Below are positions 25,037-37,463 of a stretch of 64,000 nucleotides of DNA, piece by piece. The position numbers were made by a program, and so were the translations under genes. Origin of the DNA: Planktothrix sp. GU0601_MAG3 (GTDB lineage Bacteria > Cyanobacteriota > Cyanobacteriia > Cyanobacteriales > Microcoleaceae). The stretch lies in the NCBI GenBank assembly GCA_035193785.1, contig CP136572.1, positions 4,628,578 through 4,692,577 on the forward strand, written 5' to 3'. Position 1 is the stretch's first letter. Every line of letters begins with the position of its first letter. Below the pieces are notes generated by a model. It saw only the letters and a list, made by a program, of their open reading frames with translations, had not been told where the DNA came from and searched no databases.

Positions 25037-27398
25037 CTAAATCCCAACAACAGATTGATAACCAAACCTTAATATTTTCCCTCGACCATCATCTTGAAAA
25101 CGCTGTTCTCCCACTCCCACCACATCAATAATAATCTCACGGTTAGGGGGATTCCATGCTCCCTGACGGGGTTTAATTTCAATAATTAATTCCTGATTTT
25201 CTGGATAAACTTGATATTCTGTCGTTGAATAAACTCCCTGAAGATACTCAAAAGAATCACCATCATCTTCATATAAAATACCCTCTCCCGTCCCAGGAAA
25301 CACCTTAAAAGTTAAACAATCAATCGGTTTTTCATCCACATATTGCATCACCGCTTGTAAAGGAATAATTGAACCTCCTTTTCCATAAAGGGGCATCCGT
25401 TCTAAAGGAGCCTCTGCTAAAATATATTGTGAGCCAGCATAGGGTTTTCCTGTCCACCAATCATACCAAATTCCTGCGGGTAAATACACCGCCCGGGATT
25501 CAATTCCTGGACGATAAATAGGAGCCGCTAAAATCGCCGAACCCAATAAAACTTGATCGGATAAAGTATAGGTTTTGCTATCATTAGGATAATCATAAAA
25601 TAGAGGACGAATAATTGGCGTCCCCGTTTGTGTCGCTTCCCAAAATAACGTATAAAGATAGGGTAAAAGACGATAGCGTAATTCTAAATACTCTCGACAA
25701 ATTTGTTCAACCCGTTCTCCAAATGCCCAGGGTTCGTGTTGGGAAGTAGATAAAGCCGAATGACCTCGCATCAACGGATATAATATTCCCAATTGCATCC
25801 AACGGGCGAATAATTCCGGTGTAGCATTACCCCCAAAACCCCCAATATCACAACCTACAAATGCTACCCCCGATAACCCCATATTACACAACATCGGGAG
25901 AGACATTTCTAAATGTTCCCAAATCGAATGGTTATCCCCCATCCACACCGATGACCAGCGTTGAATACCCGCATAACCTGACCGAGTTAAAACAAAAGAT
26001 CGCTGTTGCGGTCGCAATTTTAACAGCCCTTGGGCGCTGGATTTTGCCATCATTAACCCATATAAATTATGGGCTTCAGCGTGGGTGGTTTTTTCTTCTA
26101 TTGGCCCCTGTAAACTATCTAAAGGAAAGGTAATTTTATTCCCCTTATCTCCTAAAGGACGGTCATCAATGGCAGGTTTCATTCATATCATTCCAAATAC
26201 CTGCCACCCCCATATCTGTTAGGGTTTGATGGCATTCTCCCCACCATTTTTGGACTTGGGGATTTAAAAAATCAGGAAATACGGCTTTATCCGGCCAAAC
26301 ATAACCATGAAACAGTTCTCCATTGGGTTTTCTAATAAAATAATTCTGTTTTAATCCTTGATCAAAAATAGTATAATTAGCTTCGGGTTCATATTTAACT
26401 CCTGGGTCAATAATGGTCACGGTTTTAAAACCATTTTCTGATAAATGTTGAATTAAATTTTTAGGATTTGGGAACCGTTTTTCACTCCAGGTAAAGACTC
26501 GATATCCCTGCATATAATCAATATCTAAATGAATCACATCGCAGGGAAGTTTACGGTTTCTAAATTGTTTTGTTAGTTCTTTAACAACGGTTTCTGATTC
26601 ATAACTCCAACGACATTGATGATAACCTAAAGCCCAACGGGGAGGCAAGGGCATTCGTCCGGTCAGTTGGGTATAGGTATTAAGAATTTGCTCCGGTTGC
26701 GGGCCATAAATAATATAATAATCTAATTCTGGAGCCTGGGTTTCCATCTGCAAAACGCCAGGTTTTTGCATCCCAATATCAAAGCGACTCCAATGGGTAC
26801 TATTTAAAAAAATACCATAACTTAATTCCGGTCGTAGGGCGATAAAGACAGGAATAGCCTGATACATGGCATCAGTTAAAGCGTCATACTTGCGACAATT
26901 CTCCGTCCAATTGGTTTTAATTTCTCCGATTTTATCTAAAAATCCGGTACGTTCTCCAAAGCCATAAAAATGTTCTTCTGGTTCAATCTTTTTCTCAACT
27001 GCTGTTAACCCTGGTTGCCATCTAAACCCTAATTCTGCATCGATGGCAAAGGGTTGATTTTGTAGATCATAACATTGAATTCGGCAAGGGTGATGCTGAA
27101 CAGATATTCTGATTTTTTCAGTAATAATTTCTGTAGTTTGTTCGGTTTGGTAAGTTTGAAAGGCAGTGGGTTGCCATGCACTATCATCTAAATTAATTGC
27201 CCAAGATCGACGGGGAAGAAAATTACCAGCAGGAGCATAGCGAATTCTAATTAAATTATCAGCTAATATACTAATTTTAACATAAACATTTCCGCAGTTA
27301 AAGAGAAGATAGCGATCGCCTACTTCCACACTTTGCACCGCTTCAATTTGTGACCAATTGGGTTCTATGGCGTGTAATTGTCCGAAATATTGGGGCAT
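25037..27398 (-). CDS. Glycoside hydrolase family 31 (alpha-glucosidase-like); +1 frameshift at 26176-26180
   Basis: YGFGER, LGYHQCRWSY, HLDIDYM, catalytic WNDMNEP (restored by repair), WMGDN, GCDIGGF, LYEDDG. Confidence 0.92.
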
Positions 27399-27449
27399 AT
27401 AAATAGAATTTTTATCTTGACTCTATATTATCATATCAAATCAAACTAT

Positions 27450-27500
27450 TTATCCTTGTAATAAAGATTGTCCCCCATCGATCCAAACTTCCGTTCCCAT
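27450..27500 (-). pseudogene. Probable C-terminal remnant of a short-chain dehydrogenase
   Basis: Translates to MGTEVWIDGGQSLLQG*, matching the G-x4-DGG end typical of SDR proteins. No upstream coding region. Confidence 0.5.
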
Positions 27501-27642
27501 AAACGGAGTTTAAAAGAAAGGGTTTATTATTTTTTATGCTTCACCTATTCTTGAAAATAATGTGCTATAATTAACAGCAATGTTGTTTGTGTTTCTCCCG
27601 TCATCCTGATCCCATTTCCGAATTTTTTACGTTTTTCTTTCT

Positions 27643-27780
27643 ATGATCAGTTTATCTTCGGTTCCAGCCCCATTCATCAATTATACAAGTTCAAAATGGC
27701 AGACTGCAACCTGGGATGATTATTTAGCCTATCGAGATTATCCCCGGTTAGAACGAGTTAAGTTAAATTGCCAATATTAA
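27643..27780 (+). pseudogene. Probable N-terminal remnant of a Uma2-family endonuclease-like gene
   Basis: 45-aa ORF MISLSSVPAPFINYTSSKWQTATWDDYLAYRDYPRLERVKLNCQY*. W..ATWDDY resembles cyanobacterial Uma2 N-termini (recognised from memory). Confidence 0.45.
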
Positions 27781-27798
27781 TATTAAGGAATAGGTATT

Positions 27799-29044
27799 TT
27801 GAACACTTTTCGCAGTTTTGATCCCAAACGTCAACGCAGTTTACTGGCTTTATTTATCGCCGGTTTATGTTTCTGGACAGGGATAACCACACTATTACCA
27901 ACCCTACCGTTATATATTGAATCCCTTGGCGGAAGCACACAACAAATTGGCTGGGTGATGGGGGCTTTTGCCTTGGGTTTATTACCGTCTCGATTGTGGT
28001 TTGGCCCCCTAGCCGATCGCAAAAGCCGCAAATTAGTGTTATTAATCGGAACCCTGGTGGGGACAATCGCACCTTTCGGATATCTGTTTGCGGAATCTAT
28101 TCCCTTATTACTGAGTTTACGAGCCTTTCATGGGGTGAGTGTCGCCGCATTTACCATCGGTTATAGTGCCTTAGTTGCCGATATTGCACCGATTGAACGC
28201 CGAGGAGAAGTGATTGGATATATGAGTTTGGTGGCTCCGATTGGTATGGCTATCGGCCCGGCGGTGGGGGGGTCAATGCAAGCAATGGTGGGGTATGACC
28301 CGATCTTTTTATCTAGTAGCGGATTCGCGTTTTTAGCCTTTTTAGGAACTTGTCAAGTTTGGGAACCCCAACACAATAAACCAACAAAAAAAGTGGTTTC
28401 TACTTCCCTATTAGAAAAGGGTTTATGGTTTTTCAAAACGTTATGGAGTCCCCCTTTAAGGGTTTCCCGCTTTTGTAATGTTAATGGTGGGTTTAATCTT
28501 TGGAACTTTAGTCACATTTTTGCCTTTAGCAGTGAAGGAATCGGGGTTAAATTTTAATGCCGGATTATTTTATAGTACCGCAGCGATCGCTAGTTTTTTA
28601 ATTAGAATTCCTACGGGTCGAGCTTCTGACCGTTATGGTCGAGGTTTATTTATTACTGGGGGATTAATTTGTTATTTTTTAGCAATGTTACTCCTATCTA
28701 AAACTATGCACAGTAATATTATTTTATTGGCTGCATTACTCGAAGGAATGGGGGCGGGGGTTGTGCTTCCGATGATGATTACCTTAATTACTGATCGATG
28801 TTTACCCGAACAACGGGGTCAATTTTTCTCCTTATGTTTAACCGGATTTGATGTGGGAATTGCCGTTGCTGGCCCTATTTTTGGTATCTTTGCCGAACAT
28901 TTGAGTTATTCAGCAATGTTTGCCTTAGATGCGGGTTTAGCCTTAATTGCTTTAATTGCTTTTACCACTTTTTCTAATAAAACAATTCCCCTGTCCATCA
29001 AATTTGCTTTGGGTCAATCCAAAGATATTTATAGTTTAAATTAA
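27799..29044 (+). CDS. MFS transporter; +1 frameshift at 28462-28466
   Basis: About 12 TM segments, MFS motif A twice (GPLADRKSRK, GRASDRYGR). Confidence 0.9.
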
Positions 29045-29065
29045 TCCGAAATCCGGCTATTGTTT

Positions 29066-30686
29066 ATGAACAAACCAGAACTAATTCAGCCTTTATTATT
29101 AACAGCAATAGCTGGAGTTTTGATGGGCATTGCTGCGGAACCCTGGGGACTGTGGGGGTTAGCTTGGGTGGCATTAGTTCCTTTATGGGTTAATGTTTTA
29201 TCGAATTTCCCACCCCCTAAACCTCCCCTGTTAAGGTTGGGAAATTTGGGGGTATTTAAAACCCCTTTAATATTAGCTTTAGTTTGGGGAATTGGCTATT
29301 ACGGAACCGCCTTATTTTGGATTACGGGAATTCATCCGATGACTTGGTTAGGAGTCCCTTGGTTAGCCAGTTTAGCAATTACTATATTTTGCTGGAGTTT
29401 TCTCACCCTTTGGGGAAGTGCTTTAGTAATAATTTGGACGGGATTATTTTTAATTTTATCAGATCAATTAGCTCAAAGATTCTCTAGGATTTCCCTCGCC
29501 CTAACCCGAGTTTTAATTGCCACAGTTTTATGGTGTGGGTTAGAATTTTTGTGGAGTTCCACGGCATTATGGTGGTCTTCTTTATCCTATACCCAAAGTT
29601 TTGGGAATTTAATTATTTTGCACTTAGGTCAAATTTCTGGCCCCACAACTATCACCGCCACCCTATTAATTGTGAATGGGTTAATGGCGGAAGGGTTAAT
29701 CTTAAATCGGGATAAATATAATTCTCAGACTCCCCATCAAAAATCCTATTTATTATTAATTTTAGCGGTATTATTTTTTGTCTTAGCCCATGGACTAGGG
29801 TTAATTTTGTATAGTACCCCCTTACAAAAAAATCCAGAAACAAGCATTAAAAGTAGGAATTATTCAAGGAAATATTGCCAATGAACTTAAATTAAATTAT
29901 GCAGGATTTCTACAAGCCTTAAATGGCTATACAACCGGATATATTACCTTAGCTAATCAAGGAGTAGACTTGGTAATCACCCCAGAAACCGCCCTACCTT
30001 TTTTCTGGACTGACTCGAATCAACGACAAAATAGTTCTTTTTATCAAGCAGTTTTAAAGCAAAAAGTTCCGGCTATTGTGGGAAGTTTTTCCCTAAAAGA
30101 AGGGGGATATACGAATAGTTTGTTTTCCATGGATGGGGAAGGAAATATTATCGGTCAATATGATAAAATTAATTTAGTTCCTTTAGGAGAATTTATCCCC
30201 TTTAGTGAAATTTTCGGCCGATTTATTCAAAAACTATCCCCCCTAGAAGCCACGTTAATTCACGGTAAACCTACTCAACAATTCCAGACCCCTTTCGGTC
30301 AAGCTACGGTGGGAATTTGTTATGATTCAGCCTTTGCAGACCCTTTCCGTCGCCAAACCGCTCAAGGGGGAGAATTTTTGATTACGGCTTCTAATGATGC
30401 TTACTATTCCTCCACTATTTTAGCTCAACATCATGCCTTAGATGTGATGCGAGCGATTGAAAATCATCGTTGGACAATTCGGGCTACAAATACGGGATAT
30501 TCAGCCTTTATTGACCCCCATGGAAGGACTCAGTGGATTTCAAATCAGAAGACTTATCAACTTTATGCTGATACAATCTATCGTGATCGGACTCAAACCC
30601 TTTATGTCCGTTGGGGGGATTGGCTAATGCCTGTATTATTAATAGCAGGGCTAACCCTATTTTTAGTAAAGATTGACCGTTTATGA
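29066..30686 (+). CDS. lnt: Apolipoprotein N-acyltransferase; +1 frameshift at 29837-29841
   Basis: TM N-half, VGIIQGNI, TPETALP (E), YDKINLVPLGE (K), GICYDSAF (C), RAIEN, RATNTGYSA. Confidence 0.92.
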
Positions 30687-30710
30687 TTAATCTAAATAAT
30701 ATTAATAACT

Positions 30711-31812
30711 ATGATTAAGTCTGATTCAATTTTAATTGTGGATGATGAAACCGGATGTGTTTGATGTTTTCGAGGGGATTTTATTCCGAGAAGGATATCA
30801 ACTCCATTATGCTTCCAATGGACTTGAGGTGTTTAAATTTTTAGAATCGAGTTTACCGGATTTGATTTTATTAGATGTGATGATGCCTGATAGTGATGGT
30901 GTGGATATTTGTCGCAAAATCAAACAAATTCCGGCATGGCAACCGATTCCTATTATTATGATCACGGCACTGAATTCTAAAGAAACCTTAGCTCAATGTT
31001 TAGAAGCTGGGGCAGAAGATTTTATTGGAAAACCGGTTAGTGCCTTAGAAGTTAGGGCTAGAGTGCGTTCAATGCTTCGACTAAAAAAACAGTATGATCA
31101 GTTAGAAAAATCCCAGAAAAAACTAGAACAATTGCTGCAATTACGCGAAGATATGGCCTATGCTATTATTCACGATCTGAGAAATCCCATATTTGTAATT
31201 TCCTTAACTTGTGAACTCCTACACCTAACTGATTTAACAGAAAAACAATCCCAAAAAATCAATCAAATTGCCACTTCAGGACAGCATTTAAACAAACTAA
31301 TTGATTCCTTAATGTTGATGGCAAAACTCGAATCGGGTAAGAAATTACTCAATCCTAAACCGATAAATTTATCTCTGATTGTTGAAGCTGTTATTAATGA
31401 GTTTGAAGCTCAAATTATGAGAAAAAAAATAAAAATTAATGCTATAATTCCCGAGATAAAACGGTTTGTAATTGCCGATGCTGATTTGATTAAGCGAGTA
31501 TTAGAAAATTTACTCGATAATGGGATTAAATTTTCTCCTTCCAATAGTGAAGTTTTAATAGAAGTTGAATATCCCATGGATAAAAACACTGTTAAGGTTC
31601 ATTTTCAAGATTCGGGAAATGGTGTAAAAGATGAACTCAAACAAAGCATTTTTAAAAAATATGAAACGGGGCAACGCTTTGAAGGTGTAGCTCAAACTGG
31701 GCTGGGATTAGCATTTTGTAAAATGGTGATTGATGCCCATCATGGCTGTCTTTCAATTACAGATAATCAACCGAAAGGATCAATTTTTACCATTGAACTA
31801 AACGCGGAATAA
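30711..31812 (+). CDS. Hybrid response regulator-histidine kinase; +1 frameshift at 30747-30751
   Basis: ILIVDDEP (repaired), LLDVMMP, HDLRNP, NLLDNGIKFS, TGLGLAFCK. Same architecture as the gene at 1-896. Confidence 0.88.
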
Positions 31813-31824
31813 TCGGTAATCAGT

Positions 31825-31852
31825 GTAGAGACGTGCCACGGCGCGTCTGTAT
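31825..31852. repeat. GTAG-led REP-like palindrome flanked by TCAGT-containing heptamers
   Basis: GTAGAGACGTGCCACGGCGCGTCTGTAT is an imperfect palindrome. Flanks are aatcggt-aatcagt and atcagtc-atcagtt-aacagtt. Confidence 0.65.
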
Positions 31853-31901
31853 CAGTCATCAGTTAACAGTTTATTACCTATTACCCAAAATCCTAATTTT
31901 T

Positions 31902-34900
31902 ATGTCTAATGATTCTGAAAATTATTCTGTTTCTTCTTTACAAAAAGCGATCACAACCGATCCTTTAACGGTGACACCCGAAACCATATTAATTGATGCG
32001 ATCGCAATTTTTAACCAATCTCAAACCACCCGTTTATTAACTCCTAATTCCTTAACAATCAATCAGGGGAAAACCTGTATAATTATTACTATAGATAATC
32101 GACCCGTGGGCATATTAACCCATCGGGATATTGTGCGTTTAATTGCCCAACGAGTTGATCTGCAAAATTTGACCGTAGGCGAAGTTATGACCCAACCAGT
32201 GATTACCCTTCAAGAAACAGAATTTACCCATTTAAGTACAACTTTAAACCTACTACACAAGCATAATATTCGTCATTTACCCCTAGTAAATGCCCAGGGT
32301 AAATTAGTTGGTTTACTCAGCCATCGAGACTTAAAAAATTCCCTAGAAACCGACGGATTTATTGAAACTAAGAACCATTGAGGAGGTGATGAATTCAACC
32401 GTTGTACAAGCACCCGCTACAATTTCTTTATTAAAATTAGTGGAATTAATGAATGACGCTCGGGTTAGTTGTGTCGTTTTAGTTGAGGAAAGAATTGATA
32501 ATCAAGAACAATTTAAAATTCCGGTAGGTCTGATGACGGAAGCAGATATTATCAAGTTTCAAGCCTTAGATTTAGATTGGAATTTAGAGGCTCAAACCGC
32601 CATGAATACCCCCCTATTTTGCCTCAAACCCAATGATACATTATTAGCGGCTCATCTGTTAATGCAGCAATCTAATATTCATCGAATCCCGATTGTGGGC
32701 GATCGCGGGGAACTACTTGGTATTATTACTCCAACAAGTATTTTACAAGCCATTAACCCGATTGATTTATTAGAATTAGTGGATTTATTACGACAAAGAA
32801 TCAATCATTTAGAAGCGGAAAAACTGCAATTACTTCAAACTCAAAATACCAAACTCGAAGAAAAAATTCAAGAACGCACAGATGCTTTAAAACAAGCAAA
32901 TCAACAATTACAAGCGGAGATCCAAGAACGAAGCTTAATCGAAGCTAAAATGGCATTACAGTCTTCCCTTTTAGATCAGGTCAAAAACGCTATTATTGCG
33001 ACGGATTTAGAGGGAACTATCATTTATTGGAATCACTATGCTCAAACTTTATATCAGTGGACGGCCGAAGACGCCCTAGGTAATAATATTATTGATTTTT
33101 TTGTGCCTCTGGATCAACAGGATTTAGCCGAGGAAATTGTTAATGAAGTTATCAAAAAAGGATATTGGGAAGGAGAATTTACCACCTCGCGTAAAGATGG
33201 TAGCACCTTACCAATCCATGTTTTTGATACCTTAATTCGAGATCAGGGGGAAAATCCCATAGGTTTAGTGGGAATTAGTTTTGATATTAGCGAACGGAAA
33301 AAAGCCGAACAACAATTACACCAACAAGTTCAACGGGAACGGCTATTTTACCAAACCGCCCTGCATATTCGTCAATCTTTAAATTTAAAGGATATTTTGA
33401 ATAATGCCGTGGTGGATATTCGAGAAATTCTCCATTGTGATCGGGTTTTAGTCTATGAATTTGATGCGGTATTTAATGGAATAATTATGGCGGAATCCGT
33501 GGGAGAGGGCTGGAATTCTAGCTTGGGAATGTATTTAGAAGATACCTGCTTTAGAAGCGGAAGTGCCTCCCATTATTTACAGGGTAAAAAAACTGCTATT
33601 GATAATATTGAAACAGCAAATTTAACGGAATGTTATCGGCAATTCTTGCATAAATTTCAGGTTAAAGCCAATTTAGTTGTTCCGATTTTAATTCAAGACC
33701 ATAATCGAGAAAATGAAAATTATCTTTGGGGATTATTAATCGCTCATCAATGTTCTTCTCCTAGAAATTGGCATTCTAATGAATTAGAATTACTAGATAA
33801 AATTGCCGTTCAACTCTCGATAGGGATTCAACAATCACAGCTTTATCAAACGTCGGCAATCGAAATTCAGGAACGACAAAAAATTGAGCAGGAATTAAGA
33901 TTATTAAATCAACAATTAGAAACTAGAATTCTGGATCGAACCGCTAAATTAGAACGTCAAGAACGCAAATCCCGTCTGTTTGCGGAAATCGCGTTAAAGA
34001 TTCGTCAATCTTTAGATATTGATCAAATTTTACCCACTACAGTCACGGAAGTACAAAAAATTTTAGGGTGCGATCGCCTGTTAATTTATCGAGTCTTTGC
34101 CAATGGGACGGGACGGACGATCGCAGAAAGTGTATTACCCGGATGGGATTCAATTCTTAATTTTGACTTTCCTGAAGAAGTTTTTCCCCTAGAATATCAA
34201 CAACTTTATTCTAATAGAACAGTAAAAGCCATTGCAGATATATACCAAAACTATCAAGATGTCACCCCCTGTTTAATCGAATTTTTACAACAATGGAATA
34301 TTAAAGCTAAATTGATTGTTTCCGATTATTCAAAATAATAGTTTTTGGGGATTTATGATTGCTCATCACTGTATTTCCCCTCGAGAATGGACGGAATTTG
34401 AAATTGAACTGATGCGAGAAATTGCCGATCAAGTGGGTGTGGCTTTAGAACAAGCTCAATTAGTAGAAGCCCTGCGGGAGCGAGAACAATTTATTGAAAG
34501 TATTACCGATAGTAGTCCTAATATTTTATATCTGTATGATTCGGAGCAAAATCGCAGTATTTATAATAGCCGATCCCTCACCACCCTTCTAGGATATACC
34601 CCGGCAGAATTGTTGATAATGGGAGATGATTTTTTCAGACTGTTTTATCCTGATGATCAACAAGCGGTGGTTAAACACCTGCAAGAAACGGCTCAACTAA
34701 GTGATCGACAGGTCAGTTATATTGAATATCGCATCCAACACAAAAATGGGGAATGGTTATGGTTTTCTAGTCATTCCACTGTATTTAAACGAGATTCAGA
34801 CGGGAAGACCCAACAAATTTTAGGCGTGGCTCAAAATATTACCGATCGCAAACAAGCTGAAGATAATTTAAAACGCCAGTTAGCGGCGGTAGAAGCCTCT

Positions 34901-36464
34901 ATTGATGGAATTTCTATTCTAAAAAATGAAGAATATATTTATGTTAATAATGCCCATTTAAAACTTTTTGGCTATAGTCACCCCGAGGAATTATTAACTA
35001 AAAATTGGCGAGTTCTTTATACCTTAGAGGTAGTAAAATGGTTTGAAAAAGATATATTTCCCCTGTTAAAACAACAGAAATTCTGGCGGGGAGAAACCAT
35101 TGGTTTAAGAAAAGATGGCACAACCTTTAATCAAGAAGTTTCCTTTACCGTCACAGAAGATGGGGATTATATTTGTATTTCTCAAGATATTAGTGAACGT
35201 CAAGCCGCCCTACAGGAACGCCAACAGGCTGAAATTCAACTGCGTCAAACCAATGAACAATTAGCGATCGCTAACGCCGAACTTGCCCGGGCTTCCCGTC
35301 TCAAGGACGAATTTCTAGCCAATATGAGCCACGAACTTAGGACTCCCCTTAACTCAATTTTAGGAATGTCAGAAGTTCTACAGGAACAAACCTTTGGAGA
35401 ACTCAATGAACAACAAAATCAAGCCCTAGGGCTAATTTATAGAAATGGAAAACACCTGCTGGAATTAATTAATGATATCCTCGATCTTTCCAAAATTGAA
35501 GCTGGAAAATTAGACCTAGAATGCTCCCCCGTTTCCGTGAACGAACTCTGTCAACATAGTTTAAGTTTTGTCAAACAACAAGCCCATCAAAAAAAGATTC
35601 GACTTAGTTATCAAATTGAAGATGTCACCGAAGCCCTGAATGTAGATGAACGTCGAATACGTCAGGTTTTAATTAATTTACTCAATAATGCGGTAAAATT
35701 TACCCCCGAGGGTGGACGGGTGCGTCTGGAAGTCAGGGGAGATCTTGAGGAAAAAAGGGTGCGTTTTTCTGTGATTGATAATGGCATTGGCATTGCCCTC
35801 GAAGATCAAGCGCGATTATTTCAAGTATTTGTTCAAATTGATAGTCGTTTATCTCGACGTTATGAAGGTACGGGTTTAGGATTAGTTTTAGTTAAAAAAC
35901 TGGTGGAAATGCACGGGGGAACAGTGACAATTGACAGCCAACCCGGAAAAGGCAGTTGCTTTACCGTTGCCCTACCTTGGACTCAAGCCCTGTGGAGAGA
36001 ATCTCTGAGGTTAACTCCAGCCCAACTTTTAGACAGATCGGCCCCGTCTGGGATCGTTTCCGAGTCGGTCAAAACCTCCTTTAATTCTACTGGCGGAAGA
36101 TAATCCCGATAATATTCAGACCTTGCTTAACTACTTACAGGCTAAGGGGTTTGATTTGGAAGTGGCCAGAAATGGGATCGAGGCAGTTCAAAAAGCGAAT
36201 GGTTTACATCCAGATTTGATTTTAATGGATATTTCCATGCCAGAAATGGACGGTTTGGAAGCCATCCGCCAAATTCGGGCTGATCCACAAATGGCCACCC
36301 TACCAATCATTGCCTTAACAGCCTTTGCTATGGCGGGCGACCGGGAACAATGTTTGGCTGCTGGGGCGAATGAATATCTGCCTAAACCCGTACAAATCCG
36401 ACAGTTAGTTCAGTTAATTCAGAATTTTCTGTTGGAAAATCAGAGGAAAAATGATGAACAATAG
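31902..36464 (+). CDS. Multi-sensor hybrid histidine kinase: CBS pairs, PAS, two cyanobacteriochrome-type GAFs, PAS x2, HisKA, HATPase, REC; +1 frameshifts at 32346, 34318 and ~36056
   Basis: CBS (VGILTHRDIV, IRHLPLV), GAF1 EDTCF...TECY...VKANLVVPI, GAF2 FPEEVFP...PCL...IKAKLIVPI, FLANMSHELRTPLN, EGTGLGL, LMDISMP. Four ORFs join in register. Confidence 0.88.
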
Positions 36465-37455
36465 CCGAATTCCAGCCAAAAAATCCCGCAAATTGATCAA
36501 CTTCTTTTCCCTGGGAATTTTAATCTGCATCGGTTGGGGAATATTAGTTAGTTGTTTTGAACAACCGACAACACCCCTGCTGGTAGGCGTTAATAATTGG
36601 CCGGGTTTCGCCCCTTTATATTTAGCCGAGCAGTTGGGTTACTATCAAAATAGTTCGATTGATATTGTTGATTATCCCTCCACCACTGAAATCAGTCGCG
36701 GAATGCGTAGTGGGAATTTACAAGGGGGGGGGATAACTATTGATGAAACCTTAATCCTGGCGGAAACCTTTCCAGAAGTTCGGGTGATTATGTTGATAGA
36801 TGTATCCAATGGTGCAGATGTAATCCTGGGGAAACCGGAGTTAAAAACCCTAGCAGATATTAAGGGAAAAAAAGTTGGGGTGGAAAACACCGCATTAGGG
36901 GCTTATATGCTGAGTCGAGGACTTGATAAGGCGGGACTTTCTCTACAGGATATTACCGTTGTTTCCTTGGATTACTCGGAACATGAAGCCGCGTTTAAAC
37001 AGGGTGAAGTTGATGCCGTTGTTACCTTTGAGCCAGTTCGTTCTAACTTACTGGCAACGGGTGCTAAAGTCTTATTTGATAGCAGCAAAATACCGGGGGA
37101 AGTGGTGGATATGTTGGTGGTACGTCAGGATATCTTAGAAACTCGATCTAAGGATTTAGAGAAGTTAGTCCGGGGCTGGTTTATGGCATTAGATTATTTA
37201 AAAAAAGAACCGGAAAATGCAGCTAAAATCATGGCAAAACGGGGAGGAATCACAGCGAAGGAATTTTTGTCCTCTCTGCAACTATTGAGGTTTTTTACAC
37301 CCATAGAAAATCAAAAACTTCTCTCCCAAACCGATCTAAGTCTGGTTAATTCTGCTAATAAATTATCTAAATTAATGAGGGAAAAGGAAATACTACAGTC
37401 AAATATAGATTTTTCATCTTTGTTAGATCCTCGTTTTTTCACTCAATTGAATTAA
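36451..37455 (+). CDS. ABC-type solute-binding lipoprotein (SsuA/NMT1-like)
   Basis: Lipobox-like LVSC, WPGFAPLYLA, DVSNGAD, DIKGKKVGVE, DAVVTFEP. Confidence 0.8.
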   Translation: MMNNSRIPAKKSRKLINFFSLGILICIGWGILVSCFEQPTTPLLVGVNNWPGFAPLYLAEQLGYYQNSSIDIVDYPSTTEISRGMRSGNLQGGGITIDETLILAETFPEVRVIMLIDVSNGADVILGKPELKTLADIKGKKVGVENTALGAYMLSRGLDKAGLSLQDITVVSLDYSEHEAAFKQGEVDAVVTFEPVRSNLLATGAKVLFDSSKIPGEVVDMLVVRQDILETRSKDLEKLVRGWFMALDYLKKEPENAAKIMAKRGGITAKEFLSSLQLLRFFTPIENQKLLSQTDLSLVNSANKLSKLMREKEILQSNIDFSSLLDPRFFTQLN

Positions 37456-37463
37456 TCTAATCC

